Below are positions 45,091 through 45,240 of a stretch of DNA of 45,240 nucleotides, piece after piece (positions within the stretch are counted from its first letter, which is position 1; the number at the start of each line of letters is the position of its first letter). The notes below the pieces were generated by a model that had not been told where the DNA came from, did not search any database, and saw only the letters and a list, made by a program, of their open reading frames with translations. The stretch is from a virus (taxonomy: Duplodnaviria > Caudoviricetes), in the IMG/VR virus record IMGVR_UViG_3300044836_000011, positions 1-45,240 of that record; one strand, 5' to 3'. Position numbers and translations under genes: made by a program.

Positions 45091-45240
45091 ATGAGTAGCC
45101 CGCGCATCGCCCCGTGCCCGACACCTGACAAGCAGGCGTACCACGGGCCACGCCCCGCGCAGCAACACGCCAGAGCCCTCGCCCGCCGCAAAGGCGCACC
45201 GTTCGTCCACGCCTACTACTGCCAGTGCGGCATGTGGCAC
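45091..45240 (+). CDS. Small Zn-finger protein, continues across the junction into 1-51
   Basis: CPTPDKQAY...AYYCQCGMWH then PATRPARTATEEVVTG-stop, overlapping the GTG at 48. Confidence 0.72.
   Translation, partial: MSSPRIAPCPTPDKQAYHGPRPAQQHARALARRKGAPFVHAYYCQCGMWH

Larger units (their letters stand above)
1..45240. mobile_element. Complete temperate actinobacteriophage (siphovirus) genome, circularly permuted
   Basis: Full set of packaging, head, tail, lysis, integration and immunity modules; no host housekeeping genes; intact attP with arm sites on both sides; an ORF continues in frame from 45240 to 1. Confidence 0.92.

Noticed and set aside
1-45240. Diversity-generating retroelement or retron
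   Set aside because: No reverse transcriptase motifs and no TR/VR pair with adenine-specific mismatches seen

Overview
The window looks like the complete, circularly permuted ~45.2 kb genome of a high-GC temperate actinobacteriophage (siphovirus): the ORF starting at 45091 reads in frame across the end/start junction. Gene order is late-early genes (DUF4406-like protein, DNA adenine methylase, replication initiator with an iteron/DnaA-box origin), terminases, Mu-like head genes, neck/tail genes, lysis cassette, a leftward accessory operon, attP/tyrosine integrase, repressor/Cro/Xis switch, and an early region (repeat protein, HNHs, ERF, MazG-like, ADP-ribosyltransferase, J-domain). The most unusual features are a holin fused in frame to a papain-like cysteine peptidase; two different tRNA-derived att cores (Ala-CGC with arm sites, and an orphan Ile-CAT); a homing endonuclease that has taken over the 5' end of erf while a recoded copy restores the gene; junction repeats bracketing single-gene cassettes; and a repeated TVDLA-type tag in head proteins. 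All product calls come from motif recognition by eye, not database searches.
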